In this document: positions 20,425 through 29,274 of the stretch, piece after piece | How the letters are laid out: every line of letters starts with the position of its first letter | Position numbering within the stretch: the stretch's first letter is position 1 | Assembly (NCBI GenBank): GCA_001771185.1 | Contig: METB01000001.1 | Coordinates: 439,200-503,199, forward strand | Direction: 5' to 3' | DNA length: 64,000 nt | From: a candidate division Kazan bacterium RIFCSPHIGHO2_01_FULL_44_14 | Lineage (GTDB): Bacteria > Patescibacteriota > Kazan-3B-28 | Translations under genes and position numbers: made by a program | Notes under the pieces: generated by a model | Database searches by the model: none | Told to the model about the DNA's origin: nothing | The model's input: only the letters and a program-made list of their open reading frames with translations

Positions 20425-21393
20425 ATGACTCAGGTTTTTGCGGGGATTATTATTGTATTGGTGGTGGCTTATCTGGCGATTGCCAGACGGTCGCTGTCGG
20501 TCCCGTCATCAGTTTTCATGATGACGCTTTTGGGGGTAATCGTCGGTCTGTCAATCGGAGCACTGATTTCTTTGCCGCTGTCGAGATTAGCCGATCCGCT
20601 GGGTCAATGGTTGCCTTTAATTGTAAATATTTTTTCGGTGGCGATTGTCACCACTTTCTTTTACAACCAACGGGAAAGCATTATGCGTTCGATCGGTCAG
20701 TTGGTTGATTTGATTGGGGCACTAGTCAAAGAGTCCCGAAGTGCCAGACGGGAAGGGGGTAAGAGCGATCGGGCAACGGCTACTCCAATCGTGGTAGATA
20801 CGAGTGTGATTATTGACGGCCGGATATTGGATTTAGCCAAAACCGGGTTTATCAATGGGACGCTAATTGTTCCGCGGTTTGTGTTGGATGAGTTGCAGTC
20901 AATCGCTGATTCGGAGGAAGTGTTAAGACGGAACAAAGGGCGGAGAGGGTTAGAAGTGTTAAACACGCTCAAGCGGGAATCGGGAGTCACGGTAGAAGTG
21001 GTGGATGATGATTTTGCTAATGAACCGGATGTCGATTCAAAAATTATTCGACTGACTAAGTATTATCATGGCCGGTTAATGACAGTTGACTACAATCTTA
21101 ACCGAGTGGCTCAAATCCAAAACTTAGTGGTGCTTAATGTCAATGAGTTAAATAATGCGCTTCGGCCAGTTGTTCTGCCTGGTGAGCGGTTGAAGATTAG
21201 AATTATCCAAGCCGGTAAAGACGCCGGTCAAGGAGTTGGTTATTTGGAGGATGGGACAATGGTGGTAGTTGAGGGAGGTGATAGTGGAATTGGCAAGGAC
21301 CAAGAAGTGGTGGTGACTAGGGTATTCCAGACCGTGGCTGGCAAAATGATTTTTGCGATGCCGGAAGACAAGTATCAACAAGCCCGTAAGTAG
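20425..21393 (+). CDS. PIN-domain and TRAM-domain membrane-anchored protein (YacL-like)
   Basis: N-terminal TM helices, PIN acidic residues (VVDTSVIIDGR...DEL) and a C-terminal TRAM-like beta domain. Confidence 0.7.
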   Translation: MTQVFAGIIIVLVVAYLAIARRSLSVPSSVFMMTLLGVIVGLSIGALISLPLSRLADPLGQWLPLIVNIFSVAIVTTFFYNQRESIMRSIGQLVDLIGALVKESRSARREGGKSDRATATPIVVDTSVIIDGRILDLAKTGFINGTLIVPRFVLDELQSIADSEEVLRRNKGRRGLEVLNTLKRESGVTVEVVDDDFANEPDVDSKIIRLTKYYHGRLMTVDYNLNRVAQIQNLVVLNVNELNNALRPVVLPGERLKIRIIQAGKDAGQGVGYLEDGTMVVVEGGDSGIGKDQEVVVTRVFQTVAGKMIFAMPEDKYQQARK

Positions 21394-21478
21394 ATAAATA
21401 AGATAGGAATAAGCGTACCTCTTGACTAAAAGAGTATTTTGTGGTATAATCGGATGATGGCCTAAGTCCACTTACTAG

Positions 21479-23203
21479 GTGATAAAACAAACACAAAAAT
21501 TTTTAATTCGTTTATTGGAGCAGGAACTATTTACCGTTCTGGCAATTTTGATTGTGGGTAGCTTTGGATTGTGGACCAGAGCGAGTGATACGGCGACTGT
21601 AACGATGAATCTGACGGTCCTTAATCCGGGTGGGACGATTACGGTTTTGACGCCGAATGGTGGTGAAAATTGGACGGTTGGTTCTAGTCAAAACATTACT
21701 TGGGAGACCACGGGGACGGTGACCGATGTCAAGATCGAATTGCAACGCTCTACTGGCGGGAGTTGGGAGACGATTATTGCGTCAACTACCAATGATGGTA
21801 GTTATCCATGGGAGGTGACCGAACCAACTACTGTTCAGGCATTAATTAAGATTACTGAAGTGGGCGATAACACAGTGACCGACACTAGTGGTGCAGTATT
21901 CTCAATTGTTAGTTCTGGCGGAGGCGGAGGGGCTGGAGGTGGGACATATATTCCGCCGGCGCCAGCGATTGACAACATTACACCTTCAATCGTTGTTAAT
22001 CGAGTGCCGGTAATCTTAGATATTACTGGTATTAATTTTGAAATTGGAGTGTACTTTCGTCTGAATGGGACTATAAATTTACAGAATCCGGTTTGGATCA
22101 GTCCTTATCGGGCACAAGTAACAGTCCCGACTGGTATCTCGGTTGGAACTTGGTACATTTGGGTTTATAACCCAGACGGCCAACATACAGTTTGGGGACA
22201 ACCCATTCAAATCGTGGTCCCGCAGTATGATGCAATCGCGCAGGATTTGCCGGAAACCATCCGATTTTATTTACATCCGAGCGAGACCGGTCAGATTACA
22301 CTTAAGTTTACTAATTACAGCAACCAGTCCTGGGATGCTCGGCTGAAATTTGGAACGGTTGAGCCGGTGGATCACAATAGTTTGCTTTATCATGCCCCGA
22401 CCTGGTCAGCCCGGAATCGGGCGGTGAATTATCGTGTGACAGCCGTAGGATACGGTGGAACAGTTGAATTGCCGTTGACGGTTCAAGCCCCATTGCAGTC
22501 AGGAACCTATACGGACAAATTTAAATTAGTTTTGGACGGAGTGGCCTGGCTCAATATGGTTCCAATTACAGTAGAGGTAATTGTTTCACCAGAAATTAAG
22601 GCCCCACCAACTACTGGTGGCGAGGAATTGTTCTATGACGCGAAGTTTATCGCTAAATCGCCTAATCCGAGAATTGTAACTGGCGATGAAGCAGAATTGT
22701 GGGTGGAATTTAAAAACACTGGTACGATTCCGTGGCAAAGCACTGGATTAAATCCGGTTCGGTTAGGTACCACTCATACGCGGGATCGAGTGAGTCGGTT
22801 TACTCATTCAACTTGGATTATCAATAATAATCGGGCTACAAGTGTTGGGAATGCGGTAGTTAAGCCAGGTGAGATTGGCCGATTCGAATTTAAGATTAAG
22901 GCGCCGACCAGGACTGGTTATTACCGAGAATGGTTTGGGTTAGTGGCAGAGTTTAAACAGTGGTTTGGGGCGAGTGCTGAAGCAAGGTGGGATATTTCGG
23001 TAATTCGGAGAACAGCCAACAGGGTAGTCGCTCCGAGTACGGGGGGTACGACAACTCCGGGGGTTACCGGGTTGACTTCTGCTGGTGGGTCGGCTCCAGT
23101 CGTCTCGGTTTCTGATACATCTGATTTGCTCTGGCAGATTTTGTCAGGAGCAGTAGGCCGAGTAATGGACAGTATTGGCGGTCTGCTTCGAAGTTGGTTT
23201 TAA
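21479..23203 (+). CDS. Secreted/cell-surface repeat-domain protein
   Basis: GTG start, N-terminal TM/signal segment, Gly/Thr-rich linkers. It shares a ~70-aa domain with the next gene. Confidence 0.5.
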   Translation: MIKQTQKFLIRLLEQELFTVLAILIVGSFGLWTRASDTATVTMNLTVLNPGGTITVLTPNGGENWTVGSSQNITWETTGTVTDVKIELQRSTGGSWETIIASTTNDGSYPWEVTEPTTVQALIKITEVGDNTVTDTSGAVFSIVSSGGGGGAGGGTYIPPAPAIDNITPSIVVNRVPVILDITGINFEIGVYFRLNGTINLQNPVWISPYRAQVTVPTGISVGTWYIWVYNPDGQHTVWGQPIQIVVPQYDAIAQDLPETIRFYLHPSETGQITLKFTNYSNQSWDARLKFGTVEPVDHNSLLYHAPTWSARNRAVNYRVTAVGYGGTVELPLTVQAPLQSGTYTDKFKLVLDGVAWLNMVPITVEVIVSPEIKAPPTTGGEELFYDAKFIAKSPNPRIVTGDEAELWVEFKNTGTIPWQSTGLNPVRLGTTHTRDRVSRFTHSTWIINNNRATSVGNAVVKPGEIGRFEFKIKAPTRTGYYREWFGLVAEFKQWFGASAEARWDISVIRRTANRVVAPSTGGTTTPGVTGLTSAGGSAPVVSVSDTSDLLWQILSGAVGRVMDSIGGLLRSWF

Positions 23204-23305
23204 AAGCATAGATAGATGATTTATGGCTCCTGGGGCGACTTTTTGCTTGACAAAAAGGTAATTTGTGCTACCCTAGGAGAGGTATATTGGCTGACATTAT
23301 TTTTT

Positions 23306-23728
23306 ATGAATAAACTGTTACAACAGGGGAAAGTGGTTCTGGTGGGGTTAGCGGTTATGGTTGGTCTGGGAGCGTGGGGAATGGGAATCCCAAACCAGTT
23401 TATTGATATTTTTGCGCCTATAGCGGGTGACCAGTGGCAGGTTGGTAAAGTGAAGCAAATCGAATGGGTTGGCGTAGAAGTGGCCGGTCCTTATCGGATT
23501 GAGATTCAGCGCCAACCCATGGGCAAATGGCAGACCATTGTTGGTTCGACCTATGGTCATGGAATGGACAATGGCCATACGGCCTACGATTGGCGCGTGA
23601 CCGGTCCAGTAACTCGGCGAGCTCAAATCCGAATTACGGACTTAGGTCCAGACGGCCCGAATGGTCCAATCGTTGGCTATAGTGAGAGATTCATAATCTA
23701 TCAGGGGTCTCACATTGGGGCTCGGTAA
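23306..23728 (+). CDS. Secreted protein, paralogous domain to the 21479-23203 product
   Basis: The signal peptide MNKLLQQGKVVLVGLAVMVGLGAWG follows the ATG at 23306. The domain WQVGKV...IEIQRQPMGKWQTI parallels WTVGSS...IELQRSTGGSWETI. Confidence 0.5.
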   Translation: MNKLLQQGKVVLVGLAVMVGLGAWGMGIPNQFIDIFAPIAGDQWQVGKVKQIEWVGVEVAGPYRIEIQRQPMGKWQTIVGSTYGHGMDNGHTAYDWRVTGPVTRRAQIRITDLGPDGPNGPIVGYSERFIIYQGSHIGAR

Positions 23729-23751
23729 TCAGTAGTGTAAACTAAATTATA

Positions 23752-23790
23752 AAAGTCGTACCCGATTGGGTACGACTTTTGGTTTATTAG
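23752..23790 (+). terminator. Rho-independent terminator
   Basis: aaagtcgtacccgattgggtacgacttt followed by tggttt. Confidence 0.65.
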
Positions 23791-23859
23791 CCACCATTTT
23801 GCTTCGCCCTTGTACGGTGGCGCCAAAAGCGTGGCCTTACTCATCAATTGCTAGCCGAT

Positions 23860-24020
23860 AAGCAAAACTGTCTTACTGCTCTCGCCAAACTCTCCCTCCC
23901 CAGTTGTGTCTTCTTCTCGTCATCCTGAACTGGTTTCAGGATCTAGATGAGTAAAATAAATTTAGCATGACAGAACTGGGGAGGGATCAAACAGTTGGCT
24001 TCGCAATGGCAGTTTTGCTG
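23860..24020. repeat. Composite palindromic element (MITE-like): outer inverted arms around palindromic repeat copy C (23919-23949)
   Basis: The left arm (gcaaaactg...ctccctccccagtt) is partly complementary to the right arm (aactggggagggat...cagttttgc). Confidence 0.55.
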
Positions 24021-24115
24021 TCGGCGAACGCAATTGGCTCGATGGGTTCTAAAGTCGACTCAAAGTTGAAGGGCCGGTGAAGGTGGGGATTATAGGCGGA
24101 AACTGGGCCACTTTT

Positions 24116-25207
24116 TTATACATTGAAACGGAAAAGGAGGACATCACCATCTTTGACGATGTAGGTTTTACCTTCGGCTCTGACTTTTCCAGTTGAACGA
24201 GCGCCTATCCAGCCGTTATTTGTAATGAAGTCGTTGTAACTAACGGTCTCGGCGCGGATGAATCCTTTGGTAAAGTCGGTGTGAATAGCACCGGCAGCGA
24301 TTGGAGCCGTGTCGCCATTGTGGATAGTCCAGCCCCGGGCTTCTTTTTCTCCAGCAGTGAAAAAGGTGATTAATCCAAGAAGTTTATAACCGGCTCGAAT
24401 GATTTGATTGAGTCCCGGTTCGGTCAAACCTAAACTCTGAATAAATTCAGCGCGTTCGTCTGGAAGTAATTCAGTGAGTTCGGCTTCGCTTTTAGCATCA
24501 ACAGCAATTACTTCTGCATTTTCTTTGTGGCTTAGTGTCTGTAACGGTTGAAGTAGTTCAGTGTTATTTAGTTGAGTTGTATCAACATTGGCAACATAGA
24601 GAACTGGTTTGTTGGTTAGAAGTTGGAGCTCTTTTAAGTAAACCGATTCAGTTGGACTGACTGGCAAAGAACGGGCCGGCTCCCCTGTCTCCAAGTGATT
24701 TTTTAAGCGGGTGATAAATTCAACTCGGGGCTGCAACTTGGCGTCTCCGCGAGCAGCTTTCTCTTCTTGAGGTAAGCGTTTTTCCAGGGTCTGTAAATCG
24801 GCCAGAGCCAGTTCAGTAGCAATGATTTCAGCGTCATCTATCGGGTCAATTTGGCCACTAACATGAGTAACATTGGTATCGTTAAACAAACGGACAACTT
24901 CTATAATGGCATCAACTTCGCGGATGTGGGCTAGGAATTGATTACCCAAACCTTCGCCCTTGGAGGCGCCTTTGACCAGACCAGCAATATCTACAAATTC
25001 AACAGTAGCGGGAACAACTTTTTGGGAGTGTTCTAGCTCGGCAAGCTTGGCTAAGCGAGAGTCAGGAACCGGAACAATGCCGGTGTTTGGCTCAATTGTG
25101 CAGAATGGGAAATTCGAAGCTGCCGCTTGATTGGTGCCAAGCAGAGCATTGAAGAGAGTAGATTTTCCGACGTTGGGAAGCCCAACGATACCGAGTTTTA
25201 GAGACAT
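24116..25207 (-). CDS. ychF: Ribosome-binding ATPase YchF (Obg-family GTPase)
   Basis: G1 motif GIVGLPNVGKSTLFNAL and TGS domain. 363 aa. Confidence 0.9.
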   Translation of the reverse strand: MSLKLGIVGLPNVGKSTLFNALLGTNQAAASNFPFCTIEPNTGIVPVPDSRLAKLAELEHSQKVVPATVEFVDIAGLVKGASKGEGLGNQFLAHIREVDAIIEVVRLFNDTNVTHVSGQIDPIDDAEIIATELALADLQTLEKRLPQEEKAARGDAKLQPRVEFITRLKNHLETGEPARSLPVSPTESVYLKELQLLTNKPVLYVANVDTTQLNNTELLQPLQTLSHKENAEVIAVDAKSEAELTELLPDERAEFIQSLGLTEPGLNQIIRAGYKLLGLITFFTAGEKEARGWTIHNGDTAPIAAGAIHTDFTKGFIRAETVSYNDFITNNGWIGARSTGKVRAEGKTYIVKDGDVLLFRFNV

Positions 25208-25208
25208 A

Positions 25209-25402
25209 ATTTAATTATGTCATTCTCCGGCTTGCGCCAGTCCTCCGTAGCTCATAGAGCGGAGGATGGAACCGGAGAATCCAGAAAAGAAAATAAAAAT
25301 GTTTCTGTTTTTTGTCTGGATTCCCGCCTACCTGCCCGAATCGCTACGCCCGCCAGAAATGTTGTATCTACCACGGGCTGGCGAATCGTTGCGGACGGGC
25401 GC
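25209..25402. repeat. Structured intergenic element with terminal inverted repeats and nested hairpins (MITE-like or RNA structure), between efp and ychF
   Basis: Terminal inverted repeats gtcattctccg and cgggaatgac. Nested pairs attctccgg/ccggagaat and attcccgc/gcgggaat. Inner stems tcctccg/cggagga and ccgccag/ctggcg. Confidence 0.45.
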
Positions 25403-25445
25403 GGGAATGACTGAAAGGGTTATGGATGGTGCTAAATACTAGATA

Positions 25446-26006
25446 CTACTTGGCTCGCTCAATATATGAACCGTCGCGAGTATCAACGATGATAGTATCG
25501 CCGATTGAAATAAACATGGGGACTCGGATTGAAAAACCGGTTTCAATCGTAGCATTCTTGGTTGGGTTGGTGGCACTGTCGCCTTTTACGGCTGGTTCGG
25601 ATTCAGTTACCTTGAATGGCATTTTGGTTGGCAGGGACAGGTTGATTGCGTTCTCGTCAAACATCAGTAGTTCTACTTCCTGGCCATCCTTAATAAAATT
25701 GGCCGAGAAACCAACGGTAGCTCCAGGGATAGTGAATTGGTCGAATGTAGTTGTATCCATGACAACAAAATCACCGCCTTGGTGATAAAGAAACTGGGCT
25801 TTTTTGCGTTCCAATTCAGCGGGTACGAATTTTTCGTCGCCATGAAAAGTCCGTTCAATATTATTACCAGTCAGTAGGTTTTTGAGGGTAGTTCGGAGCA
25901 CAGCTCCGCCGCGTCCCATTTTGGAGTGTTGATACTTAACTACCTCGTAGGGAGCACCTTCGAGGTTAATCACCACGCCAGTTTTTAGATCATTGATGGT
26001 CAGCAT
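25446..26006 (-). CDS. efp: Elongation factor P
   Basis: The KPGKG-region equivalent and three OB domains are recognisable. 186 aa, with strong similarity to EF-P. Confidence 0.9.
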   Translation of the reverse strand: MLTINDLKTGVVINLEGAPYEVVKYQHSKMGRGGAVLRTTLKNLLTGNNIERTFHGDEKFVPAELERKKAQFLYHQGGDFVVMDTTTFDQFTIPGATVGFSANFIKDGQEVELLMFDENAINLSLPTKMPFKVTESEPAVKGDSATNPTKNATIETGFSIRVPMFISIGDTIIVDTRDGSYIERAK

Positions 26007-26138
26007 AGGGGAGAAATCTAACCAATCTAATCAATCTAATCAATGAGGAATGGAATCTTTCGGTGGGATTCAGTTCCAATCCTACGGCTTGATTGGTCAG
26101 ATTGAAATAAATTGAATAGATTGGTGAGATTGTTTAAA

Positions 26139-26402
26139 TTAATGCAGGGTGAAGGGGAGCAATGCCAAATGCCGCGATCGTTTGAGTGCTTCGGTGACGG
26201 CTCGTTGATGTTTGGCACAAGTGCCGGTGCGGTGTTGCGATTCAATTTTCATGTAACGGGAAACAAACTTACGCAACATTCGGGTATTTTTGTAATCAAC
26301 ATAGGGAATACCTTCTGAACAAAAATAGCAGGTCTTCTTGACCGCCATCATTGACCGCAGAGTTTTTGGTCGCTTGGAAGTGGGGCGTTTGAATCTTGCC
26401 AT
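26139..26402 (-). CDS. rpsR: Ribosomal protein S18
   Basis: The CYFC...IDYKN...LRKF motif region is typical of S18. Confidence 0.85.
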   Translation of the reverse strand: MARFKRPTSKRPKTLRSMMAVKKTCYFCSEGIPYVDYKNTRMLRKFVSRYMKIESQHRTGTCAKHQRAVTEALKRSRHLALLPFTLH

Positions 26403-26408
26403 AGTAGT

Positions 26409-26888
26409 TTAAAAAGGAATATCTTCTATATTTATTTCATCGTCACTAGTTGCAGGCGTCGTAGGCGCATTATCGGCCGCAATCACCGCAGGTTGCGGGA
26501 CCTCGCCAAAGGCGGTGGCGGGGTGAGCGGTTGGTTCAGGAGACATTTCACCACTCCGTTGACTATCTTGGAGCAAAAGTTCAGAAGCAATTACTTCGGT
26601 CTTGTATCGTTTGATTCCATCTTGGCCGTCCCAACTACGGGTTTGCAGGCGACCTTCAACATAAGTGCGACGACCTTTCTTGTAGATTTGGCCGACAATT
26701 TCGGCTAATTTGCCCCAAGCAACAATGTCAATATATTCAACTGCGTCTACCCGCATCCCTTGAGCATCGTTCCAAGAACGGTTGCAGGCCACGGCGAACG
26801 AGGCCACGGTCTGTCCAGTAGCCGTAGTTCTAATCTCTGGATCGCGAGTGAGATTACCAATTAGTATAACTTTGTTGATGTCGCGCAT
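26409..26888 (-). CDS. ssb: Single-stranded DNA-binding protein
   Basis: OB fold with a C-terminal acidic DIPF tail. Confidence 0.9.
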   Translation of the reverse strand: MRDINKVILIGNLTRDPEIRTTATGQTVASFAVACNRSWNDAQGMRVDAVEYIDIVAWGKLAEIVGQIYKKGRRTYVEGRLQTRSWDGQDGIKRYKTEVIASELLLQDSQRSGEMSPEPTAHPATAFGEVPQPAVIAADNAPTTPATSDDEINIEDIPF

Positions 26889-26992
26889 AGTTAGATGAAT
26901 TAAGAATTATGAATCATGAATAATGGAGGATCTGCTGAATAGCAGAGTTACTATCATTTTTAATTTTTAATTTGGCATTTTTAATTTGCGGA

Positions 26993-27475
26993 TTATTCTT
27001 CTTTCAGTAAATTCCCTAACTTTTCGTCGAGTTCTTTCAACCGAGTGGCTTCATCTTTTTGAGGGACGACTGGCTTAGCAACTGGAGTCCGGCGAGTAGC
27101 CATGGTAGTTGGTCTGGTTGTGGTCCGGATTGGGGTTGGTTGTTCCTTGAAGGGATCAATCATTTTAATGTCCTCTGGCCGAATCTTTTCTTTATCCAGC
27201 GATAGAATTAGATGGCGAATAGTTTCTGGCATCAACTGGATATCATGGTTGAAGGTTGCGATTTGTTCTGACGGATAATTGAAAACCATAGTGGCGTAGT
27301 AGCCATATTCGTGTTTGCCAATTGGGTAGGCCAACCGTTGTTTCCCCCAGAAATTCTGGGAATAAATCCGTCCTTCGGCCTTGGTAATTAGACCGGCTAT
27401 TTTGGCTGTGATATTCTGGGCCTCTATCTCTGGCATATCAGAGGAGATAATAAATGTTAGTTCGTAATTAGTCAT
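26993..27475 (-). CDS. rpsF: Ribosomal protein S6 (C-terminal extension)
   Basis: S6-family N-terminal 95 aa in the classic rpsF-ssb-rpsR arrangement. Confidence 0.85.
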   Translation of the reverse strand: MTNYELTFIISSDMPEIEAQNITAKIAGLITKAEGRIYSQNFWGKQRLAYPIGKHEYGYYATMVFNYPSEQIATFNHDIQLMPETIRHLILSLDKEKIRPEDIKMIDPFKEQPTPIRTTTRPTTMATRRTPVAKPVVPQKDEATRLKELDEKLGNLLKEE

Positions 27476-27594
27476 AGAGAAAAATTCCTTTCCCGTGGGG
27501 ATTCCCGGGTTGGCCGGGAGAAAAGGTTATTAATATTGTATGGGCAGTATAGGTGATAGAATTGGGGTAGTCAATACTTGGTTCGTATACTAGT

Positions 27595-27684
27595 TGGCGG
27601 AGAGGAAGGGATTCGAACCCTTGGTACTCTTTCGAGTACACAGTCTTTCCAGGACTGCCAGATAAACCACTCTTGCACCTCTCC
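27595..27684 (-). tRNA. tRNA-Ser (anticodon GGA), long variable arm
   Basis: Minus strand: GGAGAGG acceptor, anticodon loop CTGGAAA, 18-nt variable arm, T-loop GGGTTCGAATCCC, CCA encoded. Confidence 0.85.
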
Positions 27685-27698
27685 TTGACGATTTTATT

Positions 27699-28730
27699 TT
27701 ACCTCACCTTGGCAGGGTATCTGTTCTGTGGGTACTTTTCAATAAAATTGTCGTATTTCGTCTGGTGCTTGGGGTTGTTGGTGCCCACAATTTTTAGATA
27801 ACGAGCCACAGAAGAGGTCCCATACGCATAGACATGTTGTGGGTTCGGCTGTTTGGGGTTCAAACCAATTGAATCTAGCATACTCGTAACCCAAGAAGCG
27901 ATCGGGATACTATGATTTGTAAACGTGAGACCGATGTGCTCGTATTGATTCCCGCCTACCTGGTGTTTGTGGATATATATACATCCATCTGTGTCAACTA
28001 ACCCCCGGAGAGTGGCGTCTTTCCATTTTTTATACCGATTGACCCAGTTTGGCACTCGGACCTGCTGTCGCACTTTATTGCCAGTTTTGAGGCCAATCCT
28101 GACAAATAGTTCTACATACTCTATACCGGATAGAGTGATGACACAAACAGTATCTCGAAAGTAGATTTTGGGGTACTCACTAAAAATTTTATATATCAAT
28201 GAGGCAACATGTCCGGCATAGAGTTTGTCTCTGGTTTTGTCTAGAGTGATTTGCAGCTGATTAAATGTAATCCCGCCATCGCCCAGAAGAATGCCTGTAA
28301 GTTCGGCTAAATTTTCTGAAAGACGAGGCTTCAGTATCTGTTTGCGCACATTACATCCTAATAGTCGATATTTTTCTGGGTCTAGTTTCCGCTTCTTGGC
28401 AGAGATTTTGCCAGCTATACGTCTAGTCTCGAGGTTTCCAGGTGCCCCATGTTTTGCCAGCATTGCCATTGCCCCTATGCGAGCAATCTCCGGTATTTGC
28501 CAATGTTCTGGCTTGGTCTGATAGCGAGGCAGGGGAATATTGTATTTTGTGCTAAGTCGTTTCAGTATCTCTGCATTTGGCAGGTATAATCCTCTTTCCC
28601 AGTCGCGAAGAGTCCGAACCGATATTCCAGAGTCATGAGCTATTGCTATTTTGGTTTTTTGACTACGAGCAAAAAGCTCGGCAAAGAAGTAATCTAGTTG
28701 TGGTTTGGGTAGTGATGCTCTCATTTTCAT
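27699..28730 (-). CDS. Helix-turn-helix (XRE-like) plus double-motif LAGLIDADG homing-endonuclease-like protein
   Basis: N-terminal HTH (IAHDSGISVRTLRDWERG). The two LAGLIDADG motifs are LTGILLGDGG and LRGLVDTDGC. Confidence 0.7.
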   Translation of the reverse strand: MKMRASLPKPQLDYFFAELFARSQKTKIAIAHDSGISVRTLRDWERGLYLPNAEILKRLSTKYNIPLPRYQTKPEHWQIPEIARIGAMAMLAKHGAPGNLETRRIAGKISAKKRKLDPEKYRLLGCNVRKQILKPRLSENLAELTGILLGDGGITFNQLQITLDKTRDKLYAGHVASLIYKIFSEYPKIYFRDTVCVITLSGIEYVELFVRIGLKTGNKVRQQVRVPNWVNRYKKWKDATLRGLVDTDGCIYIHKHQVGGNQYEHIGLTFTNHSIPIASWVTSMLDSIGLNPKQPNPQHVYAYGTSSVARYLKIVGTNNPKHQTKYDNFIEKYPQNRYPAKVR

Positions 28731-28759
28731 ATGCCACTAAGCGTCCCCTCTATTATATC

Positions 28760-28775
28760 AGATGCGGGTGATATA
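28760..28775 (+). promoter_or_regulatory. Extended -10 promoter-like sequence (TGaTATAAT)
   Basis: gtgatataat sits upstream of the tRNA-like fragment and the mazG-like gene. No clear -35 element was assessed. Confidence 0.4.
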
Positions 28776-28830
28776 ATGAATCTGCGGGGGTGCGTTTATA
28801 ATAGCGAAGCGGGTTGGGGTGCAAGCCCCT

Positions 28831-28859
28831 CGAGGGTTCGAATCCCTCACCCTCCGCCA
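28831..28859 (+). other. tRNA-like 3' fragment: an inverted, diverged copy of the tRNA-Ser(GGA) 3' end (T-arm, acceptor strand, CCA)
   Basis: cgagggttcgaatccctcaccctccgcca compared with the reverse complement of 27595-27623, tggcggagaggaagggattcgaacccttg. A T-loop is present and CCA is encoded. The fragment and its upstream sequence cannot be folded into a full tRNA or tmRNA. Confidence 0.5.
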
Positions 28860-28941
28860 CACTTCGCCAAGGCGCTTCGTGTGACCCATGGCCAACATTG
28901 AGCCAATGCTATGTGTGGCTTATAGCCAGAAAGGGTGTGAT

Positions 28942-29274
28942 ATGACATTTGAAGAATTATTAAAGTGGGTTGATGTTGAAGACCAAAGGTTAAAAGACCA
29001 GTTTGGTAATTATCCAGATGAAGAAAAGCGGATTTTGGCACGGACTGTGAAGTTGTCAGAAGAGTTAGGAGAGTTGTGTGATGAGGTGTTATCGTTCAAC
29101 TCGATGCAGAGGCAAGAAAAGCTGGATGAACACGAGGGCGATAATTTATCAGCAGAGTTTGCGGATGTGTTGATTACTACTTTGTTATTGGCCAAAACTA
29201 TGGGAGTAGATGTCCGAACTGCGCTCGAAAAAAAGATTGATAAAATCAATACGAGATACGAAGTCAAAATATGA
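28942..29274 (+). CDS. MazG-like nucleotide pyrophosphohydrolase (small single-domain)
   Basis: The EEKRILARTVKLSEELGELCDEV and ADVLITTLLLA motifs fit the MazG/NTP-PPase all-alpha fold. ATG at 28942 with RBS aaagggtg. Confidence 0.65.
   Translation: MTFEELLKWVDVEDQRLKDQFGNYPDEEKRILARTVKLSEELGELCDEVLSFNSMQRQEKLDEHEGDNLSAEFADVLITTLLLAKTMGVDVRTALEKKIDKINTRYEVKI

Noticed and set aside
25217-25414. A 65-aa plus-strand ORF between ychF and efp.
   Set aside because: It coincides with the hairpin-rich MITE-like intergenic element, lies on the opposite strand to both neighbours, and has no RBS.
28784-28859. A 76-nt stretch ending in CCA that might be a complete tRNA or a tmRNA 3' domain.
   Set aside because: Only the T-arm, 3' acceptor strand and CCA fold canonically. 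No D-arm or anticodon arm can be paired, and the 5' candidate GCGGGGG pairs poorly with ACCCTCC. No smpB or tmRNA body lies nearby. It is better explained as an inverted partial copy of the tRNA-Ser 3' end.
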